Positions 40,078 through 53,869 of a DNA stretch of 64,000 bases are shown in pieces. Source of the stretch: Octopus vulgaris (lineage: Eukaryota); NCBI GenBank assembly GCA_951406725.2, contig OX597821.1, forward strand, positions 33,294,001-33,358,000, in the 5' to 3' direction. Below the pieces are notes generated by a model. That model was not told where the DNA came from. It searched no databases and saw nothing but the letters and a program-made list of their open reading frames with translations. A program made the translations under genes and the position numbers. How positions within the stretch are numbered: position 1 is the stretch's first letter; each line of letters opens with the position of its first letter.

Positions 40078-40451
40078 GTTAAGTTAAGTTAATTTTTTGG
40101 CTCAAAAAGCAAAAAGCAAGGCCATGTAGGGGGACATGGAGTTATGTACAGGGTGGTGTTCATGCAAAGAATTCAGGCCATTTCAGGTCAAGAGAGACTT
40201 TGAACCGAGCGGTCATCGGCATCTTCAATATCTTGTCCGGCAGCTTATTCCACGGATCCACAACCCGGACGGAGAAAGCCCCTCTCCTTCGATTGAGATG
40301 AAATCGTCGCAGATAGAGCTTTTCGGAGTGACACCGCAGCCGACTCTCTGGAGCAGGAGTGAAGAACAGCTCTTTCGAGAGGTTACACTTTCTGCTTATG
40401 ATGTTGTGAGCAAGAATGAGATCACCACGGCGGCGGCGTTTTTCTAGAGAA
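40078..40451 (-). mobile_element. 5'-truncated CR1-clade LINE
   Basis: Minus frame SLEKRRRRGDLILAHNII...AFSVRVVDPWNKLP...FKVSLD* (stop at 40160-40162), short 3' UTR and (TTAAC)n tail; inserted in the (TG)n of a SINE. Confidence 0.88.
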
Positions 40452-40540
40452 TGTGTGTGTGTGTGTGTGTGTGAGTGCCCTTATCTAGGCATCATCTGAT
40501 AGTTGTCAGTGAGCATCATCATCACACTAATAAGGTTGTA

Positions 40541-40954
40541 GGATCTTTTCAGTTTGAACGGCAGTTTTTTCTAGCGGTGTCATATGAAATTGTCACCCAT
40601 TATTATGACCCTAGTATCGATCTATTGCATTTCAATCTGTTTTAGGGTTAGGGTTAGTTAGGGTTAGGAGTTGGGGGAAGGGTATCTTTTTTTCTTCACA
40701 AATGTAAATAAACCCAATCTGTTTCTTAAACAAGGGACATATTCATATGGTACTGAATGATTTTTACCTCAATAGACGTCAGTGATTGGTTGAAATTGCA
40801 GAAATTGAAGAAAAAAGACACCAAATATCTTACAAACTATAGAATTTTCTCTATAAAAGATGTTTTATAAACACATTCTACCAGTATATGAAGTTTAAAA
40901 TTTTTAGTTACCTAGAAATTATGTTAAAAACTGCCATTCAAACCGAAAAGATCC
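40541..40954. mobile_element. MITE, Merlin-like (same family, opposite orientation)
   Basis: Same TIRs; TSD AGGTTGTA/AGGTTGTT; internal TTAGGG repeats. Confidence 0.8.
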
Positions 40955-43254
40955 AGGTTGTTCATTTCCAGTCATCTGTAAAAGTCTGGCCATTGGGAAA
41001 TGTTACCCTGCTTGGAAACATGTTAGTGTTGGTGACAGGATGGGCATCCAGTCATAGAATATCCACCTCAACAAATTCCATTTGATCCATTCAAGCATAG
41101 AAAAGAAGGTGTTAAATTGAAGATCATCATCGTTGTGGTGATGTATCATGACTATAGAGAATTAAATTTGAGAGATGAAAAAGGGCCTGTGTATTTTCTT
41201 GACTCCAGGTTACATAAATGAAGTGAAAGGGCTTCGACCAGTTAACAGTATCTGTTGTATCCTCCATCTCCAAATGCCATGGTACTGCTACTATTGTGAT
41301 GGATGGTTTAGATACACTGTACCGGTGTTGTAACAGTAAACAAGATAACAATGCAGCCATAATAATGTAATAATCCAACAACCTCTTCATGAATCCACTG
41401 CGAACTCAACTCGAACTAGCACACAAACTTCACTTCAACTGCTACTATTTATAATCACTTGGTCCAGTCTATTTTTCACAAAGGGCTGTCATGACTCTCA
41501 TCACATCATCTCCCATAAGAAGTGAAATTGATTTTTTTTCTTTATCCACCCCCCTCTCTTTTTTTGGATTTAATATCTTTTTTGCTTTGGCATTAGTTTT
41601 AAGTGTACAGTCTATTTCCTTTTTCCGCTGCTGTTTCTATGAGGCTCAATCTCTTTTGGTGCTTGCACCTCAAAGATGTCATAGCAGACTTCTGTTGGTC
41701 TTTCCTTTCATTTTTCAGTATGTCTCGTCTTTGTTTTAGGCATTTCTTATGTTCCCAACATTGTCCTTTAATTACATACATCATGTTTCCTGACAAAAGA
41801 CTGATAATTAGTGTTCTACTGTTTCTGAAAAATCATCTCATTACTTTTCTTAATTTTTCTCCTCTTAAAGGTACAAAATGAGGAGAAACCATAATAAAAC
41901 AGAATATGAATTTTAATTATAAAAGCATGTGGAGGGGGTGTATGCCACACAGCTTTGAAGGCAAGAGTTGCCCTAATGGTTTGTTGACAAGAGAAACTGA
42001 CAACAACACAGCCCACTGCTCTTCCATCCAAATGATTGCAGGTATAAATACAAATACACACTTATGTACATACATATATATGTGTCTATATATAATGGTC
42101 TTCTTTTAGTTTCTGTCCACCAAACTATTTCACAAGGCTTTGAACAACCTGGAGCAATAGCAGATGACACTTGCCTAAGGTGCCACACAGCAGATCTGAA
42201 CCCTAAACCACATGTTTGAGAGGCAAACTTCTTAACCACACATACACACACACACGCGCGCAAGTACATGTGTGTGTGTGACATTGGTTTCAAATGCAGG
42301 CACAAAGCCAGCAATTTTGGAGAAGGGGGATAGTCAATTATATTGACCCCGATATTCAACTTATTTTATCAACTGCGAATGTAAGGCAGAATTTGAAACT
42401 CAGAACATAAAGACAGATGAAATGCCACTAAGCATTTTTCCTGGAGTGCTAATGATTCCATCAGCTTATGTGTGTATGTAGTATTAGTTTCAAATGTTGG
42501 TATAAGGCCAGCAATTTTTGAAGGAGGGTGATGGTTGATTATATCAACTTTACTGTTCAACTGGTACTTACTATATCAACTCCAAAAGCAAAGTTGGCCT
42601 CAGCAGTATTTGAACTCAAAACTTAAAGATGGGTGAAATGTTGCTGAGCATTTTACCTGACATACTAAGGATTCTGCCAGCTTGCCACCTTATGAATATA
42701 TATATATATATATAAAATTAATATATATAAAAAATAGAAAAAAACCACCTTTTATCAATTCAAAATGAACAATTAAATTACACCATCCAGAAAATTACAT
42801 ATAATAGAAATATTAACATTAAAATAACAATAAAATGTCAAAGTTTATTTGAATAGCAAAAAAAAATAATAATAACTTAAATAAATTGTATATAATTTAT
42901 ATAAGTTATTATTATTTTTTTTTTTGCAATTTACTTAATCTTTGACATTTTATTGATATTTTAATATTAATATTTCTATTATATGTAATTTTCTAGATGG
43001 TGTAATTTAATTGTTCATTTTGAATTGATAAAAGGTAGGTTTTTTTCTAATTTTTTATATATATATTATATTGTGTGAAATTTGATTTAGTACTCCTAAA
43101 TTGAGTTTTTTTTTCCTTGTAAGTTTTGGATTTTATTCCCTCAAATAATAATTATAAATTTAATATATTTATAAATAGGCAGTGCTCCAGCATGGCCCCA
43201 GTCAAATGACTGGAACAAATGAAACAATAAAAGAATATTGCAAAGCCACTAACT

Positions 43255-43952
43255 CAGGCCTGGCCAATTTTAATTGCATTGCGGGCCACTTTAATCACTG
43301 AAAGTTTTTTAGAGGGCCACTTGTATACTGGCAAAATTGAAAGCATTTTGCTTTCTCCTGCTATTATTACAATAATGAATGAATGATCATTGCTATTATT
43401 ACAATAATAAATGAATGATCATTGCTATTATTACAATAATGAATGAATGATCATTGCTATTATTACAATAATGAATGAATGATCATTGCTATTATTACAA
43501 TAATGAATGAAGGATCATTGCTATTATTACAATAATGAATGAATGATCGTTGCTATTATTACAATAATAAATGAATGATCATTGCTATTATTACAATAAT
43601 AAATGAATGATCATTGCTATTATTACAATAATGAATGAATGATCATTGCTATTATTACAATAATGAATGAAGGATCTTGCTATTACAATAATGAATGAAT
43701 GATCGTTGCTATTATTACAATAATGAATGAATGATCATTGATTCAGCATGAAATATTATTGTTGTAAAAACAGCAGTACCTTTAATTTTGGATAAAATTT
43801 GAAAAATTTTTGTTTAAATAAACCCATTTCAAGAAAGTATCAAGTGGGCTGCATGATAACTGTCTGTGGGCTGCATGATAACTGTCTGTGGGCTGCATGA
43901 TAACTGTCTGTGGGCTGCATGCAGCCCACGGGCCTCAGGCCGGCCAGCTCTG
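43255..43952. mobile_element. hAT-type MITE (Charlie/Buster-like) carrying two tandem arrays
   Basis: Termini CAGGCCTGGCC ... GGCCAGCTCTG; perfect 8-bp TSD CACTAACT with central TA. Confidence 0.82.
43359..43740. repeat. 32-bp minisatellite, ~12 copies
   Basis: Unit TTGCTATTATTACAATAATGAATGAATGATCA, head-to-tail with no spacers. Confidence 0.95.
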
Positions 43953-44672
43953 CACTAACTCAAACACTTATTATATGATATGCAGTTCTGACAGCTATCT
44001 ACTTGACATTTTTGACATCAGCAGTATCTCTCAATCATGATTGGCTCTCTTGATGAATATGTAACGTTGTTAAAGAAAGATTACTTTATATAGGGAGACT
44101 TAAGGAAGGTCTACCATCATCACCTCGGTAACTGTCACTTTCCAACATACATGTTAACATAATAGTATATAGTGTAAACATGTAGTGCATATATTCAAAC
44201 ATCAGCACTATCTTTCCAATTCCTGCTGCATTTCAAATGGAATTCTTGATCCTCTAAAGTCATTTTTTATCTGAAAATTTTTGTCTGAAAATTTCAACTT
44301 GTATGCTGGAAAACACAGTATATTCTCTTCTAGAGAAACCAACAAGAAAAGCTTTGTATGGTTACTCAAGTTGCTAGAAATAGCAACCAATCTTCCTTCA
44401 ACTTCTTACCATTTTAGAAAAGAAGTAATTCATTGGAGAATGTGGTTCCAGATACACTGTGCGTTGGAAAATGGTGGGATGGTTATGACTGGAATATATT
44501 TGATCATAGGTCTGCTTGATCAAGACTAACCTATGTTAAAATATGCACTTAAACAACCAAATTCACCCAAGGGCAAGACAGACTTCCTTTTCTCAGGGTT
44601 TCATCACTCTTGAAGGAGGAATCCCTCCTTGGACTTCTTTCACTGTCATTTGTCTCTGACCAGTTGTGGCCA

Positions 44673-45213
44673 CAGGGCTATCGCTAAGCCCCTGCAACCC
44701 CTGCGATCACAGGGGCCGCATGTTAAGATCATGAACAAGAATTAAACTATGTTAACTGAAAATTTCAAGAAATAAAATAGTAATACATTGTACTTTCAAA
44801 AGTTCTTGTAAAAATATTACGTTGTACCATGAACGTGTACCAGACTTTGTGGATAGTTTATAATATCTATTGAACATGAACTTATCTCTCAGCTTGATAA
44901 TTCTGAACTGATCGATGATCTCACGAAGCCAAAAGTGTGCTATGTTTGTCATTGAAAGTTGCCTGGATTATAAAAGTGCTCTTATATTCATATCTAAAAG
45001 TTTTACTTATTGAAATTTGTAATAGACCTAAATAGATTTAACTTGTACTTTTAAAGATGTTCTTTAAGATAACAAGAAATATTGAACTTCAGATAGAATA
45101 AAGTAAAATATAATTATGAATAAAACGTGCTTAGATTACGAATTTTGATTGAAGGGATGAGACCTCGAAACAAAAAGTTGCAGAGGGCCTCTAAAAGTCA
45201 TGTGACGGAGCTG
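44673..45213. mobile_element. hAT-type MITE
   Basis: CAGGGCTATCGC ... GTGACGGAGCTG imperfect TIRs; TSD TGTGGCCA/TGTGGCTA. Confidence 0.65.
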
Positions 45214-46585
45214 TGTGGCTATATAGGCCCCAGGTAGCAGGTGAGATCATCTCACCATCTTGGCTTTGGTCAGCCTCTTGTTCTTGTCCATTGTTTAAGT
45301 GTCCTTTCTATCATCCTGACTGTCCATCTGTTGTCCTTCACTCATGTGATGTGGCCGACTCATCTATATTTGTTCTTCTTCATGTTCTTATGGTATTATT
45401 GACTCTCGTATTCTGTCCTTTAGTGAATTTCCATTTAGAGAAAGAAAAACAAACCTTGCACAGTTCACCATATTCTGTTTCCTTTTATCAGCAGACAAAG
45501 AAAGACTGGTTGGTACTGAGGTACTTAGAGAATGTGTTAGGTTTGTGAGGCAGACCATATTTCTTTTTGACTATCTTTCAAAGGAATCTAGACCAGTGGT
45601 TTAGAATTTCACTGAAATATTTTTTTTCTTCTGTTGTAACAAATAAAGGAAAATGTCTTTTAGAGGGAGAGAAAAAAATTCTATGACCCCCCACCCATCT
45701 TCAAATCCTCCACTGTTTGTTTCATGTTTTTTTTTTACTTCTCTGAGTGTTTAGTTTGGTTCCTTAGAATAACATGAAAAAATGGGAATGCTTACATGTT
45801 CTGTCTCCCATAGCTGACAGAAACAATTGCTATTGTCTAATGATAACGAAGCGAATAATGCTCCCTGTTCTTTTATTATTATTGTTTTTAGAAAATTACA
45901 TTTTGTACAGAATGTAATTATAGAATTATTATTTGTATGTAGAATTATAATTTTACAAGTTTTTTTTTTTGTTTGTTTACTGTCTTCAATATATTTTTTC
46001 TATGCTAGATAAGTGGAATAGTATTTTGTTTTATTATATTTATTTTTTTATCTTTTTTTTTGCAAATTTTGTGTTATTTTTGTATCAGCTTGTCATATAG
46101 GCTTCAAATTTTGGCAAAAGGCCAGCAATTTGTGGGGAGGGATAAGTCAATTACATCAACCCCAGTGTTCAACTGGTACTTATTTTATCAACCCTGAAAG
46201 GTTAAGCCAACCTCAGCAAAATTTGAACTCAGAATGTAAAGATGGACGAAATGCTGCTAAGCATTTTGCCCGGCATGCTAACAATTCTGCCAATCTGCCA
46301 CCTTCATATTTGCTAGTCATATGAGAAAGCAGTACTCATGATCCCTTGCAGGGCCACTGAGATTGATGTGAGAGATGTATCCTCAAACTGGAGACTTGGT
46401 TCCTATGCTTTGCAGCAGAGCTGATGCCATGAAGGGTATCCGAAGTACCAGGTAGTAGTGTTAAACCAAACGATGAATGAAGTCCACTATAGTGGGATTT
46501 GAGCTCAGAATGCAAAGAGCCATAAAATATACTACAAAGCACTCAATCTGACATTTTTCCAGTTCCGCCAATCTATTGCCCAGGA

Positions 46586-46997
46586 TTCTCTCTTTTACTC
46601 TCTCTTTTACTTGTTTCAGTCATTTGACTGCGGCCATGCTGGAGCACCGCCTTTAGTTGAGCAAATCGACCCCAGGACTTATTCTTTGTAAGCCCAGTAC
46701 TTATTCTAAAAGTCTCTTTTGCCGAACCGCTAAATGATGGGGACGTAAACACACCAGCATCAGTTGTCAAGTGATGTTGGGGGGGACAAACACAGACACA
46801 CAAACACACACATACATATATATACATATATACGACAGGCTTCTTTCAGTTTCCGTCTACCAAATCCACTCACAAGGCATTGGTCGACCTGGGGCTATAG
46901 CAGAAGACACTTGCCCAAGATGCCACGCAGTGGGACTGAACCCGGAACCATGTGGTTGGTTAGCAAGCTACTTACCACACAGCCACTCCTGTGCCTA
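46586..46997 (-). mobile_element. SINE family A
   Basis: Full-length homolog. Confidence 0.85.
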
Positions 46998-47902
46998 GGA
47001 TTGGTTACATTTTTTTTATTTTAAAGACCCTGAAGAAAATAAAAAGTAGAAGTGATTTTGGTGTGATTTGAACTCAGAGCATGATAAGACAGAGCGAATA
47101 TTGCAAGGCATTCTGTCAAATGTTCTAGCAATGTTGCCAATCACCACCTGTTGGCATAATCGTTTTATAAATGGCTAGTCTTCTTAATAGAGATATATCA
47201 TACCACTACTACTTCTACCAATAATAATAATAATCCTTTCTACTACAGGTACAAGGCCTGAAATTTGGGCAGTGGGATTAATTCGGTTAATTTGACCCAA
47301 GTACTCCATCATCATCTTCATTTAACGTCCATGTTCCATGCTAGCATAGGTGGGACGGTACCACGAGCCAGCTTGGCCAAAGCCTGCACCAGACTTCTGT
47401 GACTGTTTTGGCAGAATTTTTACAGCTGGATGCCCTTCCTAACACCAACCATTCAGCAGAGTGAACTTAGTGCTTCTTATGTGGCACAAGCACTGGCGTG
47501 ACTCTGAATTTTGAAAGGTAAAGTCAACTTCAGTGGAATTTGAACTCAGAAGACAAGGATGGATGAAATGCCACTGAGCATTTTGCCAGGTGTGCTAACG
47601 ATTCTACCAGCTCACCACCTTACTACTACTACTACTACTACTAATGATAATAATACTTATCTTTTAGATTTAAATGTAAGGTCAGCAACATTGATGTGTG
47701 GGAATTAATTAATACCATTGATTCTAGTACTTAACTGGCACTGTATTTTATCAAACCCAGAGGGCTGAGAGACAAAGTTGGCAAAGTTCACCTTGGTAGG
47801 ATTTGAAATCTGGATGTAAACAACACAAAACAAATAGGGCACTGCTTTTTTCCACTGTGCTAATGAATATGTTAAGCCACCATAATAATAATAATAATAA
47901 TG

Positions 47903-47931
<29 letters not shown>

Positions 47932-47933
<2 letters not shown>

Positions 47934-48283
47934 GACTAAAACAATACCTGTTGTCATAGGTGCCCTGGGAATGATAGCAAAAGGGGCTGATTGCTACCTA
48001 ACTCAGATACCAGGAAACCCAAAAATGGCAGAAATTCAAAAGATAGTGCTCATGGGAAATGCTCATATCCTACGCAAAATACTTTCTATGTATCTCAAGG
48101 TTTAAAACAAATGTAATTTTCGTTTTTTTTTTTTTTAGACATTCACTAGTACAACACTAAATACAAAACCAAATATATGGCACACTAGGCATAACAACAA
48201 CATGAACTTCCAACCTGTTGTCTCTTGAGGTCTCTGGGTGAAACTTGGAGCCAGCTTGTACAAATGTAAAGCAAAAGTCAAAC

Positions 48284-48313
<30 letters not shown>
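47932..48313 (+). mobile_element. 5'-truncated R4/Dong-like LINE
   Basis: TIPVVIGALGMI...IQKIVLMGNAHILRKIL is the typical C-terminus; (TAA)n tail; inserted in a (TAA)n tract. Confidence 0.8.
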
Positions 48314-48314
<1 letters not shown>

Positions 48315-48744
48315 TTCAAATTTTTGCCACAAGGGCAGCTTGGGGGAGGTGGTGATGAGTCAATTACATTGACCCCAGTGTTCAACTGGTACTTATTTTA
48401 TCATCTCTGAAAGGATGAAAGATAAAGTCAACCTTGGCGGAATTTGAACCCAGAGCATAGCAACAGGTGAAATAGCGCTAAGCATTTCATCCAGCGTGCT
48501 AACGATTTTGCCAGCTCACCACCTTCTGATAATAATAATAATAATAAACCTTTCTATTATAGGCACAAGTCCTGAAATTTTGGGGGAGAGGGCTAGTAGA
48601 TTACATCCATCCCAGTGTTCAACTGGTACTTATTTTATTGACCCCAGAAAGATGAAAAGGCAAAAATGAACACAGAATGTAAAATTAGAAGATATCTATA
48701 AAGCATTTTGTTTGGCACATAAGCGACCCTGCCAGCTCGCTGCC

Positions 48745-48764
48745 TTAATAATAACAACAACAAC

Positions 48765-48807
<43 letters not shown>

Positions 48808-49047
48808 GTGATGATGATGATTTTGAATTTTGGCTGGATGTTTCTTCTTCTTCTTCTTCTTCTTCTTCTTCTTCTTCTTCTTCTTCTAATTCTTCTTCTT
48901 TTCTTCTTCTTCTAATTCTCCTTCTTCTTCTTCTTCTTCTTCTAATTCTCCTTCTTCTTCTTCTTCTTCTTCTAATTCTCCTTCTTCTTCTTCTTCTTCT
49001 TCTTCTAATTCTCCTTCTTCTTCTTCTTCTTCTTATTATTATTATTA

Positions 49048-49083
<36 letters not shown>

Positions 49084-49121
49084 TGATTCTTCTTCTTCTT
49101 CTGATTCTGATTCTGATTCTG
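48745..49121. repeat. Compound (AAT)n/(CTT)n/(ATT)n repeat
   Basis: Directly visible; explains the poly-R/E/I/L ORFs. Confidence 0.92.
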
Positions 49122-49517
49122 ACAAGTAAATGACACCCAATGCACTCTTTAAAGTAGTAGTCATATGGAAATGCATAGAAACCAGGCCCCAACAGGTAAC
49201 TGGAGCCTGGTAGCTCTCCAGCTTACCAGCTCTTCTGGTCAGACCATCTAACCCATGCCAGCTTGGAAAATGGACATTAAATGATGATGTAAGGATTTGG
49301 AGAACCATTTCTTCACTTTAGCTTCTGTTAATTTTGTGCATGAAAGCCGAGTCTTTCTTTAATTAAGATCATGACATGTAATGAATTTGTTACTTGGCCT
49401 TCTCTTCCTTCTCCACATCCTTAATCTCAAACTTGGCCATTTTGTCTTTTTGATGGGGAAGGGGAAGAGTATATAAAGGACTACATTATTTCATATATCC
49501 TCCTTTTTTAAGATGGT

Positions 49518-49926
49518 TACTCTTTTACTCTTTTACTCTTTTACTTGTTTCAGTCATTTGACTGCGGCCATGCTGGAGCACCGCCTTTAATCGAGCAACT
49601 CGACCCCGGTACTTGTTCTTTTGTAAGCCCAGTACTTATTCTATCGGTCTCTTTTGCCAAACCGCTAAGTAACGGGGACATAAACACACCAGCATCGGTT
49701 GTCAAGCAATGCTAGGGGGACAAACACAGACACACAAACACACACACGCATATATATATATATACATATATACGACGGGCTTCTTTCAGTTTCCGTCTAC
49801 CAAATCCACTCACAAGGCATTGGTTGGCCCGAGGCTATAGTAGAAGACACTTGCTCAAGGTGCCACACAGTGGGACTGAACCCGGAACCATGTGGTTGGT
49901 AAACAAGTTACTTACCACACAGCCAC
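49518..49926 (-). mobile_element. SINE family A
   Basis: Full-length homolog with (CTCTTTTA)n tail. Confidence 0.85.
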
Positions 49927-50288
49927 GGATATAATTTCAGAGAAATTTACCTGCTATTTCTTGTAAGTTAAACTACCATGTAGAGGTTCCTCCTTTGTTG
50001 GATGAAAGTTCTGGGTTTTTTTAAAAATTTTTATTCTTTCTTTTTTGTGTACAGTACCTGTAGTAGGATATAAATTCACCAAATTAATACTTTATCCAAT
50101 GAGCCATTATTGACTCATATATGAGAATTAGAATGGGCCCTCTTAAATCCTTGTTGCTGTTGATAATTAAGTGGTTAAAATGTTGAACTTGCAAATAATA
50201 CCATCAAACTCCCTCCTTCATCTCAGTAGGGAATTCTATATTAAAAGCTATCATTGCATACATACATACATGCACACATACATACATG

Positions 50289-50320
<32 letters not shown>

Positions 50321-50395
50321 CATGCAAGCATGTATATAAATATACATACATACATGCATACATACACCCATGCACACATACATACATACACACAC

Positions 50396-50426
<31 letters not shown>

Positions 50427-51305
50427 TGCATACATACATACACACATACACACACACACATACATACACACATACATACACACACACACATACATACATA
50501 CATATATTAGCCTAATACAGCTTCAGCTAAGTATAAATGCAGACACTCGATTCCATTTCACTGTAAAATGGGGTTTACTAAAAGAAATATTGAAAGAATT
50601 AACTGTAAGGGTTTTCAATGTAAAGTGATACCAAGCATTGGAAGAACAAATCTGAGACAGAAAAGAGAAAAGAGGCCAACATCTGTGAGCCTGTGTCTCT
50701 TTTCTGGTTTTAACTGGTGCATATATAAAAGGAATGGTATTCAGTATACAGTTCTAAAATAAAGAACTTACTTAAACATTCTCTGCAAGATATTAAAGTT
50801 TTTTCAAACTCCCAGACATATTGCAGCATTGATAAATTTTCATAAAATAAACACGAGAAAAAAAAAAAATTTGAATACAGCCCTTTGTACAGGTGTTTAA
50901 TGGGGCTGCAGGGTACTCGTATTTTCACTTCACTTCCTTGCTCTGCCTATAAACAATTTCACTGTAAGCAAATTGGGCTTTTTTTTTTGTTTTTGTTTTT
51001 GTTTTATTTCTGTAATCTGTGAAGGAATGTCAGATCAAAACCTAAATTTGAATAAAAAAGAAAAAAAAGTGATTTGAGGGAACATGTTAACACATGTTTT
51101 CTTTTAAGTTTGGGCTCTAAGAACCTAACCTAACATTATTTTACAGAAGAAACTAAATTATTGTTGTTCGATATTGAATTTATGAATTCATTTGGGTATA
51201 AACTTTCAGTAGCACATAATGACTACTGTGATTTAGGCGGATATCATGTATTTTATAGAATAATATTCAAGTGTAAAATGATACCGTTCAGCACATAATA
51301 ACTAG

Positions 51306-51336
<31 letters not shown>

Positions 51337-52135
51337 CCATTGATTATATTGCCATTATCCTCAGTGGCATATATATATATATATATATTTAAGTAGGTGA
51401 ATGAATTATTCTATGCTTATCGTCAGCATGGAAAATTCGTTTAACCGAAACCTGGGTAGCAAATTCACGTCAGAAAACACGGTTGAAGCGACCTGTCAAG
51501 GGTAGAAACTCCGGGTTCATGTGTAGAAATTTGTGTGTTGTATATGAATAAATGAAATGTGTCGAGAGTAAAGGAATTTTGTTAACATCTTCGTTCGACT
51601 CCATTCTTTCATTTATTTATATATATATATATATACACATACACATATATGTATGTACACACGCACACAAACACACACACATCCATACATACAGGGCACT
51701 TTACTAATGTGTTTGTGTATTATTTGACTATAGTCTGTAATATATCATACCAAGTACATTCTATATCCCTACCCAGAGCAGTCTTCTAATATATTGCATT
51801 AATTCCTTACTGCTTTAGCTAAGAAAGAAGCTAACACGAGCTGGTGTGAATATAAACATAGATATCAATTACATTTCACTCTAAAGGAGTTTATCAAAAG
51901 GGATATTTTGAATGAATTAACTGTTAAGATTTTCAGTGTAAAGCGATATGCTTTTAAAGCATATCACCCATTTGAGATTGAAAAGGGGAACATGTCAGAG
52001 AAGTGTTTCTCCCTTCTGTCTCATATTGATGATTTGAACCAAATACTCTCTTTTACTTGTTTCAGTCATTTGACTGTGGCCATGCTGGAGCATCGCCTTT
52101 TAGTCGAGCAAATTGACCCTACATACATATATATA

Positions 52136-52171
<36 letters not shown>

Positions 52172-52486
52172 TGTATGTATGTATGTATATATGTGTTTGT
52201 TCCTTCCCTTTGTCATAATGTGTTGTCCCTGAACATCACTTGACAACAGATGCTGGTGTGTTTACATCCTTGTAACTTAGCAGTTCGGCAAAAGAGACTG
52301 ATAGAATAAGTACTAGGCTTACAAAGAATAAGTCCTAGGGTCAATTTGCTTGACTAAAAGGCGATGCTCCAGCATGGCCACAGTCAAATGACTGAAACAA
52401 GTAAAAGAGAGTATTTGGTTCAAATCATCAATATGAGACAGAAGGGAGAAACACTTCTCTGACATGTTCCCCTTTTCAATCTCAAA

Positions 52487-52657
52487 TGCAGAAATTGAAG
52501 AAAAAAAACAACAAATATCTTACAAACAATAGAATTTTCTCAGTAAAGCCAAGAGAAAAAGCTGTTTTATAAACACATTCTACCAGTATATGAAGTTTAA
52601 AATTTTTTAGTTGCCTAGAAGTTATGTTAAAAACTGCCGTTCAAACCGAAAAGATCC
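52487..52657. mobile_element. Truncated half copy of the Merlin-like MITE
   Basis: One TIR (AAACTGCCGTTCAAACCGAAAAGATCC) plus ~140 bp of body. Confidence 0.75.
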
Positions 52658-53869
52658 GTCCAATTTTCCTCCTATCACACACTACTTTCTTTAAAGAAAG
52701 AAGAATGAATATGAAATTTTAAAAAAATCAATGATATGATCATAACTGTAAATGAGCATCACTGTCATACTAGTGGTGTTGTTCATTTTTTGTCTTCCAT
52801 TCTGAAATATCACCTTGCTTGGAAAGAAGTGAGGGTTGGTGACAGCAAGAGCATCCAGTTGTAGGGAATCAGCCTCAATAAATTTTACCTGGGCCATGCA
52901 AAGTGGACATTAAATTGATAATGGTAATGATGATGATGTTGACCATGATGATGATGACATTGATGATGGGAATGATTATGGTGATGATGATGTGACACTA
53001 GGGTGAAATATATGCCGGAATCAATGACAGAAAAAAAATGTAAGATTAGTTCTCCACAAAGTCTTTTTTATTGTCATAATAGAGTATTTTCAGTTCATTT
53101 AATGTATGCTTTTCCATGCTATCATTGGTGGATGAGGATTTATTTGAGGGGATATTTTATGCTTAAGATGCTCTTCCTGTTTCCAACTCTTAAATGCTTT
53201 TCATCATCATCATCATCGTTTAACGTCCGCTGTCCATGCTAGCATGGGTTGGACGGTTCAACTGGGGTCTGGGAAGCCCGAAGGCTGCACCAGGCTCCAG
53301 TCAGATCTGGCAGTGTTTCTTCAGCTGGATGCCCTTCCTAACGCCAACCACTCTGTGAGTGTAGTGGGTGCATTTTACGTGCCACCGACACAGGTGCCAG
53401 ACAAGGCTGGCGAACAGCCATGCTCAGATGGTGCGTTTTACATGCCACCGGCACAAGGGCTAATTTTTAAAGATGCATCAAGCTCAGTATAATCACTGTC
53501 ATCCATACACACAGGCTTGACCTTCTCAGGTGCCACTGTCACATAAAATGCACTTGTGCCAGTGGAACATAAAAAGCACCCAGTGCACTCTGTAGAGTGG
53601 TTGGCATTAAGAAGGGCATCCAGCCATAGAAACCATGTGACGTTAAACAATTAGAGTCTAGACAGCTTCCCAGCTGGCCAGCTCCATATCAAACTATCCA
53701 ACCTATGCCAGCATGGAATACGGATGTTAAACGATGATGATGAGGAAGCCTTTGAAAGTACAAAGTAACTGGTTGTAATATCAGCAAGGAATGTCAACAT
53801 CATGTCACCGTTTCACTCAGTCAATGACAAGCAAAGCTATGAGATATAATTTGTGCATATTTGCACATG

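Noticed and set aside
40642-40668. TTAGGG repeats as a telomere or fusion relic
   Set aside because: They are an internal part of the Merlin-like MITE, present at the same position in the other copies.
43359-43740. CRISPR-like appearance of a 32-bp repeat
   Set aside because: Units are contiguous with no unique spacers, there are no cas genes, and the context is a eukaryotic MITE.
48635-49192. 185-aa poly-R/I/E/L ORF
   Set aside because: Compound trinucleotide microsatellite.
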